This document shows, piece after piece, positions 11,007 through 21,197 of a stretch of 64,000 nucleotides of DNA; positions within the stretch are counted from its first letter, which is position 1, and each line of letters opens with the position of its first letter. The stretch lies in contig JBHGNT010000010.1 of assembly GCA_043228905.1 (NCBI GenBank), forward strand, positions 12,214,001-12,278,000, in the 5' to 3' direction. The DNA is from Azolla caroliniana (lineage: Eukaryota; Plantae; Polypodiophyta). The translations under genes were made by a program, and so were the position numbers. The notes beneath the pieces were generated by a model. It was not told the origin of the DNA. It saw only the letters and a list, made by a program, of their open reading frames with translations, and did no database searches.

Positions 11007-12426
11007 TGTCGTGAGAATCCGTCACTATGTGCGGATCGTGAGGCGGAACCGACGGGGTTCTGGACTAGAAGGATTTAGTGCAACACGTACAACACAAGCA
11101 ATTCACATATAAGACGACTAGATGGGAGAAAACGTTAGTTTATTGCATAAGAAAATAGATTCTTTTATAATTCAAAAATCTTGTTACAACAGGTTGGAGA
11201 TGAAAATAAGAGATAAATTTTTTTCAAGAAAGGAGCCAACAACCATGTAAGGAGTGGTTCAATATGAATATCAGAGATAATTTTTGACAAGAAAGATTGA
11301 GTAAGCCAAGCCAAGAGTTTGATATCAATCTGAGAGATAATTTTCCCCAAGGAAATGGGAGAGAGAAGAAGAAGAGGGAAAAAAAAGTAGAGGGAAAAAA
11401 ATGGAACATATATTCAGCTCTTTGTTGATCCTCCTTCCCAATGTTACTTTGCATGTCCACTTTTAGTTGCATGGCCTCTATTTTTAGTTGCATGCTTCCA
11501 TTTTTAGTTGCATGCCTTTTACTTTTAGTTGCATGGCCTTGGCTTTTAATTGCATGCGACCGTCCGTATAATTTGGCCAAATGACCCAATTATCCATAAA
11601 GTTTAGCCCGTGCGCAATCCGTACGTGCATCGCAACCAAACCGTAGACGTGTCCGCGCGCAAAAGTCCGGACCGCGTAGTGTACGCATCCACGCATGCGC
11701 ACGTCCCGATCGCACCGTGTACGCATCCGAGCGCAAAAGTCTCGACCGCGCCGCAGTGTACGCATCCACACATGCACGCATCCTGACTGCACTGTGTACG
11801 CATCCCCGCGCCGTCCGCACACACGCGTCCGTCTGAAACTTCCACACGCGCGTACATCCGAAGACGTCCATGCAGCCATGTACACGCGATACGCCCAAAG
11901 CGTTAATAACACGATCGTCGCAGTGTACGCATCCACACATGCGCGCATCCTGACTGCACTGTGTACGCATCCCCCGCCGTCCGCACACACGCGTCCGTCT
12001 GAAACTTCCACACGCGCGTACATCCGAAGACGTCCATGCAGCCATGTACACGCGATACGCCCAAAGCGTTAATAACACGATCGTGCATACGCGCATACGC
12101 CCAAAGCGTGCACACCACACAATGTAGCCCAAGTCACCTTGAACATTTTGTGCTCCACACATTGATAGAATGAATATGTTTTGGTTTCCCTTATATATCT
12201 TGGGTTCCAATGTTGTCCTATCTATGTGGGATATCTCACAGTTTTTTCTTTTCTTTCTTCTTCTTCAAACTTAACACTCTCATAACTTGATACTTGTTTA
12301 TCTGTTTCATGCGTAGTAAAATACACTATGAAGCTCTTGAAGACATCTATCTATATGAATACATTAAGCTACTCTTAAATAATTGTTTTACTAGTTTTCA
12401 TATCGTGTGTGAAAAACCACACGACA
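11007..12426 (-). repeat. 3' LTR of W2 with internal CpG-rich tandem arrays
   Basis: ~21-bp ttttagttgcatg repeats at 11460-11555, gtgtacgcatccac arrays at 11670-12110, and a ~165-bp duplication. Confidence 0.9.
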
Positions 12427-12764
12427 TTCACCCCCACCAAACCTGCACATCCACCGGTATGTGCCAATTGTGGTGAGGTTCCTCTTTTTATTACTCTACT
12501 TCATCAATGTTTCTTCTTTATACCCGAATCGTCGTTGCCATCCGATCCACCATATTCTTCGCTCACTCTTTGCATTTCCTTGGCTGTTTGTCATGGCTGT
12601 CTTTTGTCCTATAGAACATAACGTTGTATGCTTTGTGCATGTGCCACCTTCATCTCGACCATCTCATTTAACTTTCTTTTATCATCCTTTCTTGTTTCAT
12701 GCATGCCTTTCAAAGGCTTTGTCGAAATACTATTGTTGAGTACTCTTAGTGATCCATTCTTCAA

Positions 12765-14276
12765 CTACATGCTCACCTCGAGGTCCTTAAGTGAACACAT
12801 TTCATGCTTCTCACTTTTTCTACTTTTGTGGTGTACTTTGGAGTTGACCATGACTTCCTTGTTGCACACACTAGCTTCAACCCTTGCTTCCTCGCCGCCA
12901 TTGTCCTTCTCTTGGGTCTTACATCGGTTAATGCCCAAGTCTCTCAAACGAGTGTGGAGGGATTTATACGATTTTGTAGTTTGCCATTGCCTTTGCGATG
13001 CTACCCTTAGCCACTTCCACCTTATGGTTGTTCGCATTGGCTTTGATCTTTGCTTCTTCACCACCACCTTCCATCTCTTCGGTCTTACATCAGTTAATGC
13101 CCAAGTCTTAAGAACTTTTGTGGGGAAAGTCTCTTCATCATCATCATCTACCCTCTTTATCTTATCGTCTCCCTCTTCTTTGCATGTGTTAGCTTCGGCC
13201 TTCACTTTCTCGCCGCCACCTTCTGTCTCTTGGGTCTCACGTTTGCTTTCCGACGCATCTGCCCAAGCCTCTGGAACAAGTGTGAAAAAATTCTTGACAC
13301 GGCCATCCGCCCTTGACTCGTCCATAGCCACCTCTGACTTGATGTCATTTTTCGTGGCTATCTCCTCAATCATGTTGGCCTCACACTTTTTATCTCCCTT
13401 GATCATGCAAGCTTTGCTCATGCTTGCACCTTCATCACATGATGTTTCGGACACGATGCGTGTTCCGAAACATTTGTCCTCGCTTGAAGTGGCATTCGCC
13501 ACCCTCGATTCATTGGTTTCATTCTTCATCATTGTTTCTTTGCAAGACAAGAAGGCGTCTTGTTCCACACCTTCTCCCATGCTGTTGTCATACCGAACTT
13601 GGGCCTTCGTATTGGTTGTATCCTTACTCCACCTTTGTTGGGAGATCTCTTCTTCCTTGATAACCATTGTAATCGGTTTTGGTTCCATAATAAGATTCTC
13701 TTTGGCCTCGATTTGCACCTTTAAATTCTCATATGCCTCGTTTATGAAGGCCTCTATGTTGAGTACTATCGAACCTTCCCTCTTCAGGCTTTCTTCTTTA
13801 GATGGTAGTTTGAAGTTGCTTCCTGTCCTCCTTTCACCATTCCTCGTGGGTTGTGTTGTTGTTGATAAGAATCTTGTCTTCCTCTTATCGTGTAGTTGAC
13901 ATACTATTGTTTCCACTTTCGTCCAATCCTCTGTGAGGCCATTTGCACCATCATCATCCTCAAGCCGGATTCCAATGGCCTTCTGATCGATTGACTTCAC
14001 AAACATTAGAACTTTATCCACCCCCACCAATCTTTGATCCCGCTCCGAGAGTTGTGCAAAGCGACACTCGAACTCAAAGAAAGCATGCATGCCACTTTGG
14101 TGGGTCTTTAATGATGATACCCATTGGTCGAACTCGTATAGGTTGCATCTCTTCGAGTCTTTGTATCTAGCTTCGTTGATAAAAGCCTCTCGATCTCTCA
14201 CCTTGAGCATGATTTCTACGACGGACACGATGCCTTTCATCAATTCTTCTCCTTGATTTCCACTTGTCGAAGCCAT
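12765..14276 (-). CDS. Uninterrupted gag-derived ORF of W2 (~503 aa) with a long charged C-terminal tail
   Basis: ATG ~33 nt after the PBS; EFDQWVSS..FFEFECRFAQLSERDQRLVGVDKVLMFVKSID..EDDDGANGLTEDW matches the W1 gag. Confidence 0.65.
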   Translation of the reverse strand: MASTSGNQGEELMKGIVSVVEIMLKVRDREAFINEARYKDSKRCNLYEFDQWVSSLKTHQSGMHAFFEFECRFAQLSERDQRLVGVDKVLMFVKSIDQKAIGIRLEDDDGANGLTEDWTKVETIVCQLHDKRKTRFLSTTTQPTRNGERRTGSNFKLPSKEESLKREGSIVLNIEAFINEAYENLKVQIEAKENLIMEPKPITMVIKEEEISQQRWSKDTTNTKAQVRYDNSMGEGVEQDAFLSCKETMMKNETNESRVANATSSEDKCFGTRIVSETSCDEGASMSKACMIKGDKKCEANMIEEIATKNDIKSEVAMDESRADGRVKNFFTLVPEAWADASESKRETQETEGGGEKVKAEANTCKEEGDDKIKRVDDDDEETFPTKVLKTWALTDVRPKRWKVVVKKQRSKPMRTTIRWKWLRVASQRQWQTTKSYKSLHTRLRDLGINRCKTQEKDNGGEEARVEASVCNKEVMVNSKVHHKSRKSEKHEMCSLKDLEVSM

Positions 14277-15339
14277 CTTTGCACTTGATATCCTCCCTAC
14301 CACCTCTTTCACGTCGGGTTCACCACTTAATTATGTTGTGAGAATCCGTCACTATGTGCGGATCGCGAGGGAGAACCGTCGGGGTTCTGGACTAGAAGGA
14401 TTTAGTGCAACACGTACAACACAAGCAATTCACATATAAGATGACTAGATGGGAGAAAACGTTAGTTTATTGCATAAGAAAATAGATTCTTTTATAATTC
14501 AAAAATCTTGTTACAACGGGTTGGAGATGAAAATAAGAGATAAATTTTTTTCAAGAAAGGAGCCAACAGCCATGTAAGGAGTGGTTCAATATGAATATCA
14601 GAGATAATTTTTGACAAGAAAGATTGAGTAAGCCAAGCCAAGAGTTTGATATCAATCTGAGAGATAATTTTCCCCAAGGAAATGGGAGAGAGAAGAAGAA
14701 GAGGGAAAAAAAAGTAGAGGGAAAAAAATGGAACATATATTCAGCTCTTTGTTGATCCTCCTTCCCAATGTTACTTTGCATGTCCACTTTTAGTTGCATG
14801 GCCTCTATTTTTAGTTGCATGCTTCCATTTTTAATTGCATGCCTTTTACTTTTAGTTGCATGGCCTTGGCTTTTAGTTACATGCGATTGTCCGTATAATT
14901 TGGCCAAATGACCCAATTATCCATAAAGTTTAGCCCGTAAGCAATCCGTACGTGCGTCGCAACCAAACCGTAGATGTGTCCGCGCACAAAAGTCCGGACT
15001 GCGTAGTGTACGCATCCACGCATGCGCACGTCCCGACCGCGCCGTGTACACATCCACATGCAAAAGTCTCGACCGCACCACAGTGTACGCATCCACGCAT
15101 GTGCGCGTCCCGACCGCGCCGTGTACGCATCCACGCGCTCGTCTGCACACACGCGTCCGTTTGAAACGTCCATACGTACGCCCGAAATTTGCACACGCAC
15201 GTACATCTGAAGATGTCCATGCGCGCGTACGTCCGAAAACGTCCATGCGGCCATGCACACGCGTGTACGCCCGAAGCGTTATAACACGGCCAAATGACCC
15301 AATCATCCATAAAGTTTAGCCCGTGCGCAATCCGTACGT

Positions 15340-16149
15340 TGTCGTAGTGTAGGTTGCACACTATGTGGAAATTATATTTTTGTCCCTCCGGATAGAGAAT
15401 GGAGTGCTCGGTGAGAACCGGAAGAAAACGGCATATACCGGCAAGGAGGAAAACGGCATACCGGCAAGGAAGAAAACGGCATACCGGCAAGGAAGAGCCG
15501 GATAAAGAGACATAAATGTAAAAAAAAGGAAATACTCACTACTGCGCAGGGCGTGATTCGAACTCTGCACCTCCACGTTGACAAACCCCAACCTTACCAT
15601 TACATTAAATTATCTTAAGTGTTTTAAATATAGATTTAATATGTATAAGACCTTTATTTATGCATACCTTTATTAAAAGGTAAATCGTGTATTTCTTTAA
15701 TATATGAAAAAGAAAAAAAACACGAGACACTAAAAATAACTCATGCACATCTAGCGTGCATGAGCCCTATACTTAGGAAATAAAAAAAAAAAGCATCACA
15801 TGCACATTTAGTGTGCATGAACATATGAGAAAAAGCATGTAGCTATGCTTAGTCTCTCCCATCACTATATAAGGATGGGGAGCACATTGTAGTTGTTGTT
15901 GATTATTTGGATTAAGTATTAATCAATACAAAAATTATTCGTGGGATTCACGATTTATACATCTACTTCTCTCTTAACACCCTAAGTACCAATTAATATA
16001 GTATACTCGTGTGATTCACGAGTTTCTTATCTTTCTCTTTGCTATTTACTCATAATTAATCTCTATCTCACGAACTTCTTTCTCCTAGTCCAAGACCTCT
16101 GTGGTTCCCACCCGACTCACGCAACGATCCGGAGCCGAAAGGCACGACA
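15340..16149 (+). mobile_element. Solo LTR W3 of the TGTCG..CGACA group
   Basis: Perfect ACGT TSD (15336-15339/16150-16153); 3' motif CCTAGTCCAAGACC..GTGGT shared with W1 LTRs; ~22-bp GAAAACGGCATACCGGCAAG x3 at 15421-15495. Confidence 0.88.
15520..15614 (-). other. Degenerate tRNA-like Pol III cassette (A box, B box, T8 run) inside W3
   Basis: Minus strand TAATGTAATGG-31 nt-GAGTTCGAATCACG followed by T8. The stems are decayed, so it is not called a functional tRNA. Confidence 0.5.
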
Positions 16150-17126
16150 ACGTGCGTCACAACCAAACCGTAGACGTGTCTGCGCGCAAAAGTCCCGACC
16201 GCGTAGTGTACGCATCCACACATGCGCACGTCCCGACCACGCCGTGTACGAATTCGCGCGCAAAAGTCCCGACCGCGCCGCAGTGTACGCATCCACGCAT
16301 GCACATGTCCTCACCGCGCCGTGTGCGCATCCACGCGCTCGTCTGCACACACACGTCCGTCTAAAACGTCCACACGTACGCCCAAAACTTACACACGCGC
16401 GTACATCTCAAGATGTGCATGCGGGCATACGTCCGAAAACGTCCACGAGGCCATGCACACGGGCATACGCGCCGTGTGCGCATCCACGCGCTCGTCTGCA
16501 CACACACGTCCGTCTAAAACGTCCACACGTACGCCCAAAACTTACACACGCGCGTACATCTCAAGATGTGCATGCGGGCATACGTCCGAAAACGTCCACG
16601 AGGCCATGCACACGGGCATACGCCCGAAGCGTGCACACCACACAATGTAGCCCAAGTCACCTTGAACATTCTATGCTCCACACATTAATAGAATAAAGAT
16701 GTTTTGGTTTCCCTTATATATCCTGGGTTCCAATGTTGTCCTATCTATGTGGGATATCTCACAGTTTTGTCTTTTCTTTATTCTTCTTCAAACTTAACAC
16801 TCACATAACTTGATACTTGTTTATCCATTTTATGCGTAATAAAATACGCTATGAAGCTCTTGAAGACATCTATCTTCCCATATGAATACATTAAGCTAAT
16901 GTTAAATAATTGTTTTACTAGTTTTCATATAGTGTGTGAAAAATCACACGACAACATTTTATATGACCAAGACGTGTAGTTGCTCCGATCTAGCTTCTCC
17001 GTTGGAAGTGAAATCGACATTCCTCCGGTCATATCTTCTCTCTGTCTGTTGTTACCAGGTGCTAGGGTTCGTCTTGAAAGGCGTCTGTCGGCTATAGAGG
17101 TGCTCAACCCTCGAGCTTTGATACCA

Positions 17127-17525
17127 TGAAAATGTCAAAGTGCGGAAGCGTTTGATCAATACTGGCTCACCCGGTTAGCAATAGAGAGAGAGTGTGTGTG
17201 AGAGAGATAGATTAACAGTGAGTACGCAAGAGAGACAGAGAGAGCAGACAACGGTTTTTCTATTATAAATAATTCTCTGTACATACAACGTGCTCAACAG
17301 CACTATTTATACAAGTCCTTAGAAGGACTGACAGAAGTACAATGTACTTCAATGCTCACACGAGCGTCTGACACTAACTACGAAACTATGATTACCTAGT
17401 AGTCTAGGCTACTACTAGGCTTCCGGTTACCACTCTGACCCGGCTCACCAGCTCACCGATCCGTCTCGCTCACTAGCTCAACCTTATTCAGTCGATCCAG
17501 ATCCAGTTGAGCTTGCCGCTCAACA
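17127..17525 (-). repeat. 5' LTR of copia B1
   Basis: TG..CAACA, adjacent to the Met PBS; similar to B2 LTRs. Confidence 0.88.
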
Positions 17526-17529
17526 CCAT

Positions 17530-17620
17530 GTGGACACCGATTCGGTTCTCCGTTCTGGATACTAATCCGGCTCTAGCTTATTTAGCCGAATTGGATCCGG
17601 TTCAGCTTGTCCACTCAACA
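17530..17620 (-). repeat. Remnant LTR end of a B-related copia
   Basis: gcttatttagccgaattggatccggttcagcttgtccactcaaca resembles the B1/B2 LTR terminus. Confidence 0.6.
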
Positions 17621-18230
17621 TATCCCCAAGTGAGCAGGTTAGCGGATAGCACAAACAAGATACTCCAAAGCATTCTCCACAAAATCGTCAACGAGCATCG
17701 TACAGATTGGGACCACAAACTCCAATGTGCACTTTGGGCGTACCGCACTAGTTATAAGACAAGCATTAGCTCCACCCCATTTTGCCTCACATACAGCCTA
17801 GAAGGCATCATGCCCATTGAGTCCGAGATTCCCAGTCTACACATTCAAGTGCAGGAGCGTTTGTCGAAAGATGAATCACGGATCGTGCACGCTGAATAGT
17901 TGCTCCCTTGGACAAGGAGAGATTCCAAAATGAGCAAAGACTAGAACGAGAACAATTGCGGTGCAAGGCCTTCGTCGACCACCATGGGCGCCGCAACATT
18001 GTAGCTTTGTGGGTGGGATCACCCGCCCTTGTTTTCTCCACATGCTCCGGGCTTATGCCAAGGAAACTCAAATTGCGGTAGTCGGGGTCGTTTTGGATCA
18101 CCAATATGCGTGCAAGCGCATTTCAACTCGACAATTGGGATGGCCAAATCCTACCGGTGTGGGTGAATGGATTTCGGCTCAAGCCATACAATGGCGTGGT
18201 GCCACCCAACCCCTTCATACCCAGTCATCC
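17621..18230 (+). pseudogene. Non-chromovirus gypsy integrase C-terminal relic
   Basis: YPQ..LA..TNKILQSILHKIVNEHRTDWDHKL..ALWAYRTSYKT..WVNGFRLKPY. Confidence 0.8.
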
Positions 18231-21197
18231 CCTTTATAGAAGAGAAAGAAAAAAGAGAGGAGAAAATAGAAAGTACATAGAAGAGAGTGAAGAGAGTGAA
18301 GAGAGTGAAGAGAGGGAATTTGGTCCCTCCGGATGGGATCCATATGAGAACCAGACGAGCCGAATGAAGGAACCGGATCCGGAAGGGTTCTGGATGAGAC
18401 CCGAAAACCGGATCGAGTGAATCCGGATGGATCTGAGTTGTCGTAGAGATGTTGTATATTGTTGTATACAGAAAATGAGAGATATACAAAATTAGTTTCT
18501 GTTTTGTAACCGCCATTGGTGAAGGCATAGAGCTCAAGGTCATTGTCTCTGAGTCTCACATTGTATTCCTCCCCTCATAGTGATAGTTGGAGTCTGTGGG
18601 GTCCCGTCGTTTTTTTTCCCATTTAGGGTTTTACACGTAAACATCGTGTGTCATCTTGATTTTAGGTTGTTCTCTTCTATCCTTGTTGAAGACTCGGTTG
18701 TAACCGAGCGTTATTCCCTCACAAACTAGTATCAGAGCGAACAAAGGAAATGGAAGAATCATTCGACGGCATGTTCAAGCTCACCGGCTCCAACTACCCA
18801 ATGTGGAAGTCAAAGATGAGGGACATGCTCCTAGTCAAAGATCTATGGCTGCTGGTACAGTTCAGGGACAAGAAACCGGATAAGATCGATACCACGACAT
18901 GGGAGGTGATGCACATGAAGACAACGGGGTACATCCGGTGCTTCATTGACATGAGCCTATATAACAACTTCAATGAAGAAAGTAAAGCTCATGTGCTCTT
19001 GGAGAAAATCGGCACTATGCTGGAGAGTAAAAACGTCGTAAATCGGGTTTCAGTGTTTCGGAAGCTAGTGAGACTCCCGTATTAGGACAGATCCAGCACG
19101 GCAGAGCACATGAATGCATTTTAGGGGCTCATAAATCAAACAACTTTGCTTGAAGTACCTCTGGTCGACGAGGTACTTCCATTGCTCCTGCTCGGTTCCC
19201 TCCTGGATAGTTGGGAGACGCTAGTTGTCACTTTGGGCAACGCCGGGCCGGAAGGAAAGCAGTTGTCCCTAGCAAGGGTAAAATCAAGTTTGCTAGATGA
19301 AGAAGCTTGCTAGAAGGACCGGGAGTCCGGAACCGATCCGAAGGCCTTGGTCACGGAAGATGACCAAAACCAGGGAAGAGGCCGGTATTGGACTCCCCAA
19401 AACTAGGACAAATCGAGGACAAGGTCGAAGTCAAGGGGGAGGCCTACTTGTTTCTACTATGGGAAGTCGGGGCACTTCCAAAAGAACTGTCGGCATTTCC
19501 GGAAAGAGAAAGGGGTTGACACCACCGATCCGAAGAAGAGTTCGGACCGGAGAGGGTCCGGATCGGAAAGGAACGTTTGGGATCGCGACAAGTGAAGAAG
19601 ATCTTATGCTCATTGCCGAGGAGAATAACCTTGTCGACGACGAGACAACATGGGTTATTGATTCCGGCGCGTCGTTCCATTTGACACCAGACCAGAAATG
19701 CTTCTCATCCTACATAGCCGGAGATCACAGTTGTGTTCAGATGGGGAATGAAGGTACATGTTGAATTAGTGCATAGGAGATGTGTTGTTGACAACATCAA
19801 CCAAATGCAAATTACTGCTGAAAGAAGTTTGACATGTCCGGAGGTTCAGTTGAACCTGATATCAGCCGGTCGGCTAGATGATGAAGGCTACACGGGTAGC
19901 ATCCGGAACGGAGTCATGAAATTCAGCAAAGGAAGCCTAATCGTGGCCCGAGCTCGGATATCAATGCACTATACCTGATGCACGCCCAGATACGCCGGGA
20001 AGAAGTGAACATAGGATCTAACACAGCCGGTGAACTATGGCACAAGAGACTTTTCCATATGAGCCAGAAGGGGATAAGAAGACTTGCCGAAGATAACCTC
20101 ATTCCGGGGGTGAAAGACATGCATCTTGAGAAGTGCACCGACTGCTTGGCCGGCAAACAAAACAGAACCTCCTTCCGGTTAAGACCACCGATGAGACGGA
20201 ATACACCACTGGAGTTGGTGCATACCGATGTGTGTCAAGTCGACACAAAGTCACATGCCGGATCGCAGTACTTCGTGACATTCATAGACGACCACAACCG
20301 GAAGTTGTGTGTCTCACCGCTGAAGACAAAGGATCAGATGCTATCCGTCTTCAAGGAGCTCCATGCGAGAGTGGAAAGAGAAACCGGTCGGAAGCTGAAG
20401 GCAGTTCGAGCAGATAACGAAGGAGAAGACCGGGGGCAGTTCGAGGAGTAGTGTTGGTCGAAGGGAATCCAAGTCGAATTTACCATGCCAAAGATGCCGA
20501 AATTGAACAGGTTGGCTAAACGGATGAACCGAACCATAATGGAGAGAGTCTGAAGCATGCTAGCACATGCCAAGTTACCCAAAACGTTTTGGGCTAAGGC
20601 GCTGATGACAGTGACCTATGTGATAAACAGATCACCCTCAACACCCTTGGAAGGAGACTCACCGTAGAAAGTATGGACCGGTAAAGATGTATCTTACCGG
20701 CATCTGAAGGTGTTTGGTTGTCTCGCATATGTGCATGTTGCAAAGGACAAGAGAGCAAAGTTGGATCCGAAGTCCAGGCCATGCATATTCCTCGGATACG
20801 ATGATGATGAGTTCGGTTACCAGGTGTGGGATCTGGTCGACAAGAAGGTGTTCCGGAGTGGGACATAGTCTTCATAGAAGACAAGACCATTGCCGACTGG
20901 GAGTCGTAGAAGAAGGTGATGAACTCCGGATCATCCAATGAAAACCGGCTTGAGGGCACAAGGACTTACTCGGTTCAAAACCGGATGTTAGCCGGAAGCC
21001 AGATGAAACTCGAAGAACCGGCCGAATTCGGACAAGAAACCGAACTGACCGAAGAAGAAGAAGGAGACACCAGAACTAGACAAGACCCCAAATCAGATTC
21101 GGATGAAGAACAAACGGAGGAACCGGTAGTTGAAGACCAAAGGCGGAGATACCCTCTCAGGGAGAGATGAGCCCCCTAGAGATTTCCGGATGCATAG

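Larger units (their letters stand above)
11007..16953 (-). mobile_element. Non-autonomous gypsy-like LTR element W2: tRNA-Trp PBS, gag-only, 4-bp TSD
   Basis: LTRs 11007-12426 and 14334-16953, Trp PBS at 14309-14325 (minus), PPT GGTGGGGGTGAA at 12427-12438 (minus), flanks GCAT/ACAT. Pre-PPT motif TTGGCACATACCGGTGGATGTGC is shared with W1. Confidence 0.9.
14334..16953 (-). repeat. 5' LTR of W2, interrupted by solo LTR W3
   Basis: Aligns with 11007-12426; carries a different ~153-bp duplication at 16316-16622. Confidence 0.88.
5059..17525 (-). mobile_element. Ale-like copia B1; 3'-truncated in integrase and split by two nested elements
   Basis: 5' LTR 17127-17525 abuts Met-i PBS TGGTATCAAAGC (17115-17126). 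gag KLDRSNYTSWSYKM (16954-17030) resumes at 11006-9911; GAG-pre-integrase/integrase LWHKRMGH..LIHSDVWG at 5613-5059. Confidence 0.88.

Noticed and set aside
11484-12210. Arg/Cys/Val-rich repetitive ORFs (also 14877-15490 and 16068-16696)
   Set aside because: Translations of LTR tandem arrays.
12628-13899. 423-aa plus-strand ORF that looks hydrophobic (env-like or membrane protein)
   Set aside because: It is the antisense of the E/K-rich W2 ORF, which produces S/L/F-rich text by composition; no motif or independent start context.
15541-15614. Functional tRNA gene
   Set aside because: The acceptor, anticodon and T stems do not pair; kept only as a tRNA-like cassette.
18233-18315. GA-rich tract with GAAGAGAGT repeats
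   Set aside because: Low-complexity filler where the A2 5' LTR start is lost; no TSD can be recovered.
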